DNA from: Nanobdellota archaeon
Lineage (GTDB): Archaea > Nanobdellota > Nanobdellia > SCGC-AAA011-G17 > GW2011-AR17
NCBI GenBank assembly: GCA_018830945.1
Contig: JAHJRD010000093.1
Coordinates: 14,495-78,494, forward strand
DNA: 64,000 bases
Direction: 5' to 3'
Shown here: one piece after another, positions 43,497 through 51,811 of the stretch
Numbering within the stretch: position 1 is the stretch's first letter
Layout: each line of letters begins with the position of its first letter
Made by a program: the position numbers and the translations under genes
Notes under the pieces: generated by a model
Seen by the model: the letters and a program-made list of their open reading frames with translations, nothing else
Told to the model about the DNA's origin: nothing
The model's database searches: none

Positions 43497-45728
43497 ATGG
43501 TTATAGGCTTCGGCCCTACAAAGGGCGCAAAAAACATCATGGGCAAGTATGGCCTTAAGATGGGAGAAAGGTTCAAGCCAAGCATGATGGACCTTCCAGG
43601 CCCTGAAAAGGTTTTCTCAAAGGATTACAGCATATTCAGGGAAGAAACATTAAGGGCAAGCACCGGATTCTATGAAGAAGCCTGCAGGTTTGCTGAAAAA
43701 ATAATCAAAGTAGACCCTAAAGAGGAAGACAGGAAAAAGCTGGAGGTTGCAATAGAAAGAGCCCACATCAGCGTTACGCCGACAGGAGCATATTCATTAG
43801 GCGTTATTGCAATGATTTTATTCATCGCATTAGGAGGGCTGATACTTCTTATCTCATATTTCCTTTCAGAGGCAGGGCTTATAGCAGGCACGCAGTTCAT
43901 GCTTCCCATAATCCTTATTCTTGGAGGAATAATTGTGTTAAAGCCAATCAGCAAATACCCTGTCCATCTTGCAATGAAATGGAGGCTGCAGGCATCAAAC
44001 CAGATGGTTTTGTGCATTCTCTACATTGTGATGTACATGAGGCATACATCAAACCTTGAGCATGCAATAAAGTTCGCAGGCGAACACATTGGCAACCCAT
44101 TGGCTCTTGACTTAAGAAAAATCATGTGGGATGTTGAAACAAGAAAATACTCAACAATAAAGGAAGCAATAGACATCTATCTTGAGCAGTGGAAGGATTA
44201 CAACCTTGAGTTTGTCGAATCATTCCACCTTATTGAATCATCATTGTTTGAAAGCAGCGAGCAAAGAAGGGTTGAGCTTTTGGAAAAAGCTTTGGAAGTA
44301 ATGCTTGAAGGCACTTACAACAACATGATGCACTATGCGCAGGAAACAAAAAGCCCAATCACAACGCTTCACATGCTTGGAGTCATACTTCCTGTATTGG
44401 GCTTAATCATACTTCCATTAATGGGAGCTTTTCTCGGGGTAAAATGGTACCAGCTTGCCATAATCTATAACATAGCTTTGCCAATAGGAGTGTATTTCAT
44501 GGGATACAGGATAATGGCAAAAAGGCCTGTTGGATATGCGCAGTCAAACATCTATGAGACAAGCGCAAAATATAGGAGCATGCGAATGTTCTCTTTTGGA
44601 GGAAAAGATATTGAGCCAAAGAATGCAGCTTTAATGATTGGCACGGCAATAGTTCTTATCGGGCTTCTTCCTCTTCTGCTGCACCTTATAGTCCCGGGCC
44701 AGGACATACCGATTGGAAGCGCTGCCCAGCCGCTTGGCATGCTGCTTGACTACAAGCTTGCTGACTTTGAAGTTGGAGGTAAAATAGTGGAGAAATCCAT
44801 AGGCCCCTTTGGAATCGGCGCTTCATTGTTAAGCTTGTTCATAACATTGGGAATCGCAATAGGGATTGGATTTTATTTCAAGACAAGGTCAACCAAGCTC
44901 ATGAAAGTAAGGGATGAAACAAAAAAGCTTGAGGCAGAGTTTCAGGGCGCATTGTTCCAGCTTGGCAACAGGCTTGGTTCTGGAATACCAACTGAAATGG
45001 CTTTCAGCTCTGTTGCTGAAACACTGCATGGCACGCCAACAGGAAACTTCTTCACATTGGTTGACAGCAACATAAGAAGAGGGGGAATGAGCTTAAGGGA
45101 TGCAATATTTGATGAAAAGCACGGCGCAATAAACTCATACCCAAGCTCATTGATTGACAGCTCAATGAGGGTTCTTGTTGAGACATCAGAGAAAGGGCCG
45201 TCTGTTGTGTCAAAAGCAATGATTAACATCTCAACATACCTTGACAGGATAAACAAGGTAAATGAAAGGTTAAAGGATTTGCTTTCTGAAACAGTCAGCT
45301 CAATGAAAGCGCAGGTTTCATTTTTATCGCCTGTTATTTCAGGCATTGTTGTCGGCATTGGCACGATGATAACAACAATCATAGGCGGGCTGACAACTGC
45401 GTTTGCCCTTGCAGGAGACGAAGGAGGCGGGGAAGCAATGGGGATTGCAGGCGGGCCTGCTTCAATGCTTGAATTTTTTGACATAAAAACACTTATGCCA
45501 CCTTATTTTTTCCAGATAGTTGTCGGGATATACCTTATAGAGGTTGTTTACATACTTACTGTGCTGGGAAACGGCATTGAAAACGGGGTTGACACGCTTA
45601 ATGAGGAAGACAAGCTTGGCAAAAACTTATATAAAAGCGCTGTCTTTTACATAATAGTCGCGGCAATAACAATGATAGTGTTTAACATGCTTGCTACAAT
45701 GATTTCATCAAGAGTGGCAGGCGTTTAA
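43497..45728 (+). CDS. FlaJ/TadC/GspF-like polytopic platform protein (two T2SS-F-like repeats)
   Basis: Twofold architecture of a TM pair followed by a cytoplasmic helical domain (…HAIKFAGEHIGNPLALDLRKIMWDVE… and …LGNRLGSGIPTEMAFSSVAETLHGTPTGNFFTLVDSNIRRG…). SD AAGAGGGA upstream. Confidence 0.55.
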   Translation: MVIGFGPTKGAKNIMGKYGLKMGERFKPSMMDLPGPEKVFSKDYSIFREETLRASTGFYEEACRFAEKIIKVDPKEEDRKKLEVAIERAHISVTPTGAYSLGVIAMILFIALGGLILLISYFLSEAGLIAGTQFMLPIILILGGIIVLKPISKYPVHLAMKWRLQASNQMVLCILYIVMYMRHTSNLEHAIKFAGEHIGNPLALDLRKIMWDVETRKYSTIKEAIDIYLEQWKDYNLEFVESFHLIESSLFESSEQRRVELLEKALEVMLEGTYNNMMHYAQETKSPITTLHMLGVILPVLGLIILPLMGAFLGVKWYQLAIIYNIALPIGVYFMGYRIMAKRPVGYAQSNIYETSAKYRSMRMFSFGGKDIEPKNAALMIGTAIVLIGLLPLLLHLIVPGQDIPIGSAAQPLGMLLDYKLADFEVGGKIVEKSIGPFGIGASLLSLFITLGIAIGIGFYFKTRSTKLMKVRDETKKLEAEFQGALFQLGNRLGSGIPTEMAFSSVAETLHGTPTGNFFTLVDSNIRRGGMSLRDAIFDEKHGAINSYPSSLIDSSMRVLVETSEKGPSVVSKAMINISTYLDRINKVNERLKDLLSETVSSMKAQVSFLSPVISGIVVGIGTMITTIIGGLTTAFALAGDEGGGEAMGIAGGPASMLEFFDIKTLMPPYFFQIVVGIYLIEVVYILTVLGNGIENGVDTLNEEDKLGKNLYKSAVFYIIVAAITMIVFNMLATMISSRVAGV

Positions 45729-45744
45729 AAAAAGAGGAAAACAT

Positions 45745-45843
45745 ATGGCAATGAAAAGTCTTGTGCTGGTTATCCTGGCATTAATGCTTGGAGTAATTAT
45801 TATAATCGCAATAATGGGAATGAAAAAAGGTATAGGAATATGA
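45745..45843 (+). CDS. 32-aa single-TM peptide (not in ORF list)
   Basis: MAMKSLVLVILALMLGVIIIIAIMGMKKGIGI. AAGAGGAAA SD, and ATGA overlap with the next gene. Confidence 0.3.
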   Translation: MAMKSLVLVILALMLGVIIIIAIMGMKKGIGI

Positions 45844-46568
45844 TTTCAAAAAAAGGCTCAATTGACATACAGGTTGTTGTCGGAGTGATACTGCTGCTTG
45901 CAGCGCTTATAGTAATAGGCATTATCATAGCAAGCGCTGTGTTTGGTGTATCATCCACAGACATGAAAAAATTCTCCTGCTGGGCTTCAAACGGAATGAA
46001 GTCAAGCAATTTTGTGTTCAAGAGCCAGCTGCCTTCAACCTGTGAAATCAATAATATTGAAGAGCCTGCTGATGTTGAAGCCATTGCAAAGATGATGACA
46101 GAAACCTGGTGGATGTACGGCAAGGGAACATGGGACTTTGGAAAAGAGGACCATGAAATTGCCGTGTTTTATTTTGAAGCTGCCAAAGACATAAAGTTTG
46201 ATGAAGTTCTTAACTTTCTTACAGCGACAAAAGACGGCAAGCGCGTCAGCGATATAGCTGACTCTGATTATAATTATCTTGCAAAAGGCTCAAATGATCC
46301 AACAATATGCACTGGCAAAACACTTGGGGACCAAGGCATGACTCCGACAATGAAAAAAGGAGAAAGGTATTTCATAATGTTCTGGGATGATGCAAGCATT
46401 TTGGGCCAGGGCAGGGAATATGGGGACAAGGTGGCTATTGCAGGAAAGCCGCAGCTTGGGCAGGAAGGAGCGTATTACTGCTTTTCAAAGCCAAGAGGGG
46501 AATGGCTCAGCATCTCAAATGACAACAGGCGGATATGGATGCCTGTTATAGGAGATGTGTCATTATGA
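45840..46568 (+). CDS. pilin-like protein with putative class-III (prepilin-type) signal peptide
   Basis: MISKKG|SIDIQVVVGVILLLAALIVIGIII: a KG-type cleavage context followed by a hydrophobic helix. Confidence 0.45.
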   Translation: MISKKGSIDIQVVVGVILLLAALIVIGIIIASAVFGVSSTDMKKFSCWASNGMKSSNFVFKSQLPSTCEINNIEEPADVEAIAKMMTETWWMYGKGTWDFGKEDHEIAVFYFEAAKDIKFDEVLNFLTATKDGKRVSDIADSDYNYLAKGSNDPTICTGKTLGDQGMTPTMKKGERYFIMFWDDASILGQGREYGDKVAIAGKPQLGQEGAYYCFSKPRGEWLSISNDNRRIWMPVIGDVSL

Positions 46569-46810
46569 TGAAAAACTTAAACAAAGGTATAATGACAGGT
46601 GTTAAGTTTCTCAAATATGCCTGCTGTAAAGATGAAAAGACTTATGCCCGCAGGCATATGAGCCGGAAAGGAAAGCTTGCTCTTGAGTATCTTGCAGTAA
46701 TAGCTCTTGCGCTGATTGTGCTTATTGTGGTGCTCATATTCAGCAGCAAGATAAGGGAAAAGGCGTTTGACGCAGGAAGAAGTTTCCTGGGGATAATAGG
46801 GAGAAGATAA
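46565..46810 (+). CDS. small protein with class-III signal-peptide-like motif
   Basis: Internal RKGKLALEYLAVIALALIVLIVVLI resembles PF04021-like KGxxxLEYLL. The preferred start is 46565 (AGGAG upstream), with 46658 as an alternative. Confidence 0.4.
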   Translation: MMKNLNKGIMTGVKFLKYACCKDEKTYARRHMSRKGKLALEYLAVIALALIVLIVVLIFSSKIREKAFDAGRSFLGIIGRR

Positions 46811-46960
46811 ATGACAGGCGATATAGCAAAAGAGATACTGCTGAAAGCAGCTTGTGAAGAAGTGCAAGTCCCGGAAAAGTGTCTAGAAGGATGCGGGCTG
46901 AAACAGAGTGAAATGCCCGCACGGGTTGATAAGGGCGAAGCCCTTATAGGTAGAAGGTAA
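46811..46960 (+). CDS. small hypothetical protein (49 aa, not in ORF list)
   Basis: GGGAG SD. It sits tightly between flanking genes (MTGDIAKEILLKAACEEVQVPEKCLEGCGLKQSEMPARVDKGEALIGRR). Confidence 0.25.
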   Translation: MTGDIAKEILLKAACEEVQVPEKCLEGCGLKQSEMPARVDKGEALIGRR

Positions 46961-46961
46961 A

Positions 46962-48734
46962 ATGGAAGTACCAGAGTGGCTGACAAATGCAATCATCGTG
47001 CTTGTTGTGATATTCATCATAGGCGCCATTATATACCTCATTGCTCCTGAAACCTATAAGGACATATTCAGCATTGCAGAGGAAACATTTGAGATAGGAG
47101 AAGAGCAAAAAAAAGCAGAGGCTGCGCAGGAAATAATAGGCACAACAGTAGAGGCATTTAACCTGTGCATTGAAAATGCTGTTGAGGGATGCAGCTGCGC
47201 GCTTGATGAAAGCAGCCTGCCAAACGGCTATATAATCTGGCTCAAAAATACTAAAGATGATGAAGGCAAAAAAATACTCAAGATGCAGGCATTTACCCCT
47301 CAAGGCGCTGCAATAAGCAATGCAAGAGACTTCTCAAACATTAATGTGAGGCTTGCGGTTGCAGGCACTGCAAAAACAAAAAATGATATTGAAAAAGAAG
47401 GGGTAATCTGCGCAGAAAGCGACATGCGCATATGGAACAATAACGGCAAAATCAGGATTGGCGCAGAAACAGGCGGCGCAGGTGAAGTGCAGTGGTTTGA
47501 CTTTTACCATGAAACACATTCTAACCAGATACTGAAGCAGGGAAGCAATGTATGCTTCCTTACAAATACTGTTGAATCAGGCATAGTGGGAATGGCAGGA
47601 ACAATAGAAGACACAGAGAGATTTAACTTTATTGCAGAGGTTGACTTACCAAGCAATCCTACTGAAGCAGGAAGAATCGCTGCAGAAGCATTGAGAAGCC
47701 TGCCTGCCTGCACAGGCACTGACAGGTCAAACTATCTGGTTTTATGGCCTGTTTTGCCGCAAAACATAATCTCAGTCGACTCATGCAAGGACAGGCCGCG
47801 CGAGCTGGCTTCAAGCATGGGCACAAACATCCCGCTTACTGCAACTGAAGACAGCGATGTTATAGTGCCTGTCAATAAAGGGGCTGTAACTGATTATTGC
47901 CTGGAAAACTGCGGTGATGAAGGCAAGAGCGTGACAATGTATGAAGTATATGATACAGGAATAAACTGGCCCACAAGCAGGCGCATAAAGATTGCAGGAT
48001 TAAAGGAGATTGATGAAAAATACCAGGTTAAGGGCGTTATAGAATCAACAAAAATAACAAAAGGCGCTAATGTATCTGCAGGCGATATTCTCGGGAAGGC
48101 AACAGCAAAGATCAGCTATATCCAGGACTTCCCAATGCAGGTAAGCAGGCCTGCAAATCCCGGGGCATTATTGCCGTTTGGAATTATTGAGGAAGAAGGC
48201 ATATTAGATACCTTGTCAAGAAATGCATTGGAAGAAAGGTTCTGCTCACTTCCAAGATTATCAGCTGAAAAATACAAAGGAGAAGGATGCGAAAGAATCA
48301 CATCAATCAACGGATGCAGCAGGGCCTTAACAAGAGGCTCGCTGCAGGAGATAGCAGACAAGATATCCCAGCTTAAGAACGGAGAAAGCGATAAAACAGT
48401 TCTTTCATTTATCCAGGGCGGAAGGCATTATGGATATCTTTTTGTGTTCGCAAGAGGGGCTAATGCTTATACAGACGAATGGATTGGAATAGATGTACTT
48501 GCAGAAGACACTCCAAGGCCTGCAATATGCAACATGGACAAGCACTGCATCTGCCTTTGTATGAATGAAAATTCCTGCAGCAGCGGGCTGTGCCAAGAAC
48601 TGCCTGAATACGGATTTAACCCGACAACAGTTAATACTGCAATGATTGGAAGCGATAACGCAAGAGAAAAGACAATACATTTCCAGAGGCTTGGGGAAAG
48701 GCTGGGCATATGCACAAGCACGCCCTGCATATAA
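46962..48734 (+). CDS. N-terminally anchored, Cys-rich extracytoplasmic protein
   Basis: N-terminal hydrophobic helix (EWLTNAIIVLVVIFIIGAIIYLIA) followed by a 560-aa Cys-rich domain. Confidence 0.45.
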   Translation: MEVPEWLTNAIIVLVVIFIIGAIIYLIAPETYKDIFSIAEETFEIGEEQKKAEAAQEIIGTTVEAFNLCIENAVEGCSCALDESSLPNGYIIWLKNTKDDEGKKILKMQAFTPQGAAISNARDFSNINVRLAVAGTAKTKNDIEKEGVICAESDMRIWNNNGKIRIGAETGGAGEVQWFDFYHETHSNQILKQGSNVCFLTNTVESGIVGMAGTIEDTERFNFIAEVDLPSNPTEAGRIAAEALRSLPACTGTDRSNYLVLWPVLPQNIISVDSCKDRPRELASSMGTNIPLTATEDSDVIVPVNKGAVTDYCLENCGDEGKSVTMYEVYDTGINWPTSRRIKIAGLKEIDEKYQVKGVIESTKITKGANVSAGDILGKATAKISYIQDFPMQVSRPANPGALLPFGIIEEEGILDTLSRNALEERFCSLPRLSAEKYKGEGCERITSINGCSRALTRGSLQEIADKISQLKNGESDKTVLSFIQGGRHYGYLFVFARGANAYTDEWIGIDVLAEDTPRPAICNMDKHCICLCMNENSCSSGLCQELPEYGFNPTTVNTAMIGSDNAREKTIHFQRLGERLGICTSTPCI

Positions 48735-48735
48735 A

Positions 48736-51099
48736 ATGGACGAATATCCCACTGCTTCAATTGTTTTTGTTGTTCTGACAATATTAGGGCTGGGACTTGC
48801 CATGTTTCTTGCAATAGAACTCATGTACAACACTGAAAAGCCCGCGCCTGAGAAAAGCGCAGATTTCTACAAGGGAAAGCAGGATGTTGCAAACGCGTTC
48901 CACAACCTTGCAAAGGCATACCAGGACTGTGTTGCTGAAACCAACTGCATGTGCGACATCTACAGTGTTTATTTTCCTGCGAAGTATTCAATCAGGATGG
49001 AAAATGCAGGAAGAAGCCTCAAGCTGACGCTTATGGAGCGCGGAAACCCCCTACTTTCTGAAACAATAAATAATATCAATACAGGGATTATGAAAAGCAG
49101 GAATGACAGGGCCTGCGGCATGGATGAGCCCATTGAAATCAATGCAGAAAAAAAAGGATGGTATGCTTCTCAGGGGGAAAGCATAGACAGGCACTACTTC
49201 TTAGATTCAATTGAAGAAATCTACAAGCCATCGCAGGGAGTTTCCTGCATTATCACTGAATCAATGATTATTGACAGCAATGAAACATTAAGAAGCATTG
49301 AAGACTATTTTGGCAACCTGCCAAGATGCACATTCAAGCGCAAGAAAAAAGAAGAGCTTGCCTTAACAGCATTCCGCACTTTTGTTGAAGAGTTCAACAA
49401 GTGCGGTGAAAAGGAAGAAACATGCATGTGCGAGTTCAGCAGGCTTTCAATGCCTGATGAATACTTCATAAAAGCTGAAACAGGGGATGAAAATACAATC
49501 TTTACTCTTGCAAAATCAAAGCAGGGGTTTGAGGCTGAGAAAGAAATCCTGAAGCTGGAAGGAGAGGCAGGGCTTATGGTTGAAGACAAAAGCATACCAG
49601 AGTTCAGGCAAGAGCCAGGATGCATCTACACAAAAGATAATGAAGCAGGATTTTATGCAGGATGCGATATTGCAAAAAAGCCTGCCAAGATACAGGCTGT
49701 TTTTTATGATGCAAAAGCAGGGTTTGTCATAAGCAACGGCGGAATACTCAGGCTTGGCGCTGAAAGAGTGAACAGGGCAAACATTGAACTCTGCAGCATA
49801 TCAAGGAAAAAGGCCTATGAATACATCTGGCCTGCTGATAAAATGAACAATGTGTATTATGCAGGTGAATGCTTTGGATCTGGGGAAGAGCAGTGCAGCA
49901 AGGGCATATTTATCCCGCAGAACCCGGGCTCAGGCGTGTATGCTGCAGAAGAAGGCATTGTTGAATATGTCGGCTCTGGAATAATCAGGCTCAGGCACAA
50001 GAATGGCGTAAGAACGCAGTATGAAAATGTTGAAGCAGATGAATCACTAAAAGCAAGAAACGCAGTCACAAGAGGGCAGAAGATTGGCAAGGCAAGCGGA
50101 AAGAAAGGATTGTTATTTTCTCTTTCTGATAATACAGCGCACGCAGAGCTGTTTGAAGACAAGGAGATATGCAGGGAACGCGAGAACAAGGCAGAAGCAA
50201 TCAGCGTGCTTAAGTATGGAATGCATTACCTTAATCCTGCCTGCTATTTCAGCGAGAATATACGCAATTCAATTGTTTATCCAAAGAAATGCGAAACAAT
50301 TTTCAAGGGCTGTGATGTTTACGGCAATGAAGAGCAGCCAAGGTATGATATACGGCTTAAGGTGCTTGTAATGCCAGTGAATTGGGAAAGGCAGCTGTCG
50401 TATCTTTTATATGCCAATAATGCGCTTGACAAATTCCTAAAGGCAACGCCTCTTGCTGACTGCCCGCAAAGGTTTGAAAAAGCTTTTGTTGACGGTGTTA
50501 CTGATTTCGGGGATAAATGGAAAGGCGGAAGCTGCATGATAGAAGGCAACAAGAACTGCCTTGCTGATGCACTGCAGGGTGTAAAGCAGTGCGCAGAACA
50601 GTACAAGGAAAGAACAGGCGAGAGCTTTGACTTTGTTGTGGGTGTTGAGGACTCTGACATTGCCAATTACCCTGAATGCAACTTTGCTGACAGGGGCTGG
50701 ACATCTGAGAATTCCGACTCAGCCATAGTGGAAGCGCAGTATGCAGCCGATGTACTGCACGAGCTCGGGCACAAGTTCGGGCTGAAGGACCAGTACTGCG
50801 ACTGCTCAGGAACTGATGCAGAAGATGTATGCGGGTTTAATGCAAATCCAAACCCTTTGAGAAAAGAGCTGGGGTGCGGAGACAAGTGCTGTGTCTTGTC
50901 AGAAGGATATTCGCCTTACACAGAAGGGTGCATGTGGTGCTCAGGAAATTTAGACATAAAGGCAAAGGATACAAATGATGATAAGATGCTTGACTCTGGA
51001 AAAAGGACAGTAATGTCAAACCTTATAGACTCTGAAAGCTACAGCATAGATGAATACCTGTTATTAAAAGCAAGCACAAAATTGCAGTGCACACGATGA
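48736..51099 (+). CDS. anchored HExxH..D-x-Y zincin-like metallopeptidase (M64-like motif)
   Basis: HELGHKFGLKDQYCDC followed by several Cys pairs, with an N-terminal TM anchor. taaaATG coupling to the upstream gene. Confidence 0.5.
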   Translation: MDEYPTASIVFVVLTILGLGLAMFLAIELMYNTEKPAPEKSADFYKGKQDVANAFHNLAKAYQDCVAETNCMCDIYSVYFPAKYSIRMENAGRSLKLTLMERGNPLLSETINNINTGIMKSRNDRACGMDEPIEINAEKKGWYASQGESIDRHYFLDSIEEIYKPSQGVSCIITESMIIDSNETLRSIEDYFGNLPRCTFKRKKKEELALTAFRTFVEEFNKCGEKEETCMCEFSRLSMPDEYFIKAETGDENTIFTLAKSKQGFEAEKEILKLEGEAGLMVEDKSIPEFRQEPGCIYTKDNEAGFYAGCDIAKKPAKIQAVFYDAKAGFVISNGGILRLGAERVNRANIELCSISRKKAYEYIWPADKMNNVYYAGECFGSGEEQCSKGIFIPQNPGSGVYAAEEGIVEYVGSGIIRLRHKNGVRTQYENVEADESLKARNAVTRGQKIGKASGKKGLLFSLSDNTAHAELFEDKEICRERENKAEAISVLKYGMHYLNPACYFSENIRNSIVYPKKCETIFKGCDVYGNEEQPRYDIRLKVLVMPVNWERQLSYLLYANNALDKFLKATPLADCPQRFEKAFVDGVTDFGDKWKGGSCMIEGNKNCLADALQGVKQCAEQYKERTGESFDFVVGVEDSDIANYPECNFADRGWTSENSDSAIVEAQYAADVLHELGHKFGLKDQYCDCSGTDAEDVCGFNANPNPLRKELGCGDKCCVLSEGYSPYTEGCMWCSGNLDIKAKDTNDDKMLDSGKRTVMSNLIDSESYSIDEYLLLKASTKLQCTR

Positions 51100-51779
51100 A
51101 ATCAATAAAAATCACAATGTTGGTTATCCTGCTAGTTATGATGCTGCAGTTTGTTTCAGCTGCAGTGCTTGAGGCTGACATTATTATTGGAAGGGAAAAG
51201 ACAGCTGCTTCTTTGAAAGTTGATGAAGGCAGGGCTTCTGATTACTCAAATGAAAGCGGGAACTACAGGCTTGAGATAAAGGATGCCGCAGGCGCTGCAT
51301 TATGGGCAAGAAACTATGATGTTAAGTTTGTTATACTGACAAACCCGCCGCAAATTACTGATTATGAGATTATCACTGAGAAAATAGAATATGATTCTAA
51401 GATGTATGAAATGTACTTCTACAGGGATTCAGATGTTTTGCTGCACAGGTATCTTGATTTCTGTGATGCAAATGGCTTCTGTGACAGGAAAGAGAATGCA
51501 GTATCATGCCCTGCTGACTGTTCTGTCGCTGACTATGATGGTATATGTATTGCAAAAGATGATGGAATCTGCGACCCTGACTGCATTGCTGATAATGATT
51601 GTATGCGGCTTGAGCAGAAAAGAAAAAAGCTTTGGGTATCTGCCCTTATTGCATTTGCTGTTTCTGTGATTGGAGGCATATGCTTTGTGCATTTTGAAAA
51701 GAAGAAGGTAAAGACAGCAATAGGGAAGGTCTTGTCTGCATGGAAGCGCTTTCAAAAGCAATGGAAAGGAAAGCAATAA
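51096..51779 (+). CDS. secreted Cys-rich protein with C-terminal TM anchor
   Basis: Sec-type signal peptide, CDANGFCD...CPADC...CDPDC, and a C-terminal helix WVSALIAFAVSVIGGICFV. Confidence 0.45.
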   Translation: MKSIKITMLVILLVMMLQFVSAAVLEADIIIGREKTAASLKVDEGRASDYSNESGNYRLEIKDAAGAALWARNYDVKFVILTNPPQITDYEIITEKIEYDSKMYEMYFYRDSDVLLHRYLDFCDANGFCDRKENAVSCPADCSVADYDGICIAKDDGICDPDCIADNDCMRLEQKRKKLWVSALIAFAVSVIGGICFVHFEKKKVKTAIGKVLSAWKRFQKQWKGKQ

Positions 51780-51811
51780 GCTTTTAATACCTCTTATACA
51801 ATATATAGCAT

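Noticed and set aside
44942-45484. 180-aa minus-strand ORF
   Set aside because: It lies antisense within the FlaJ-like gene.
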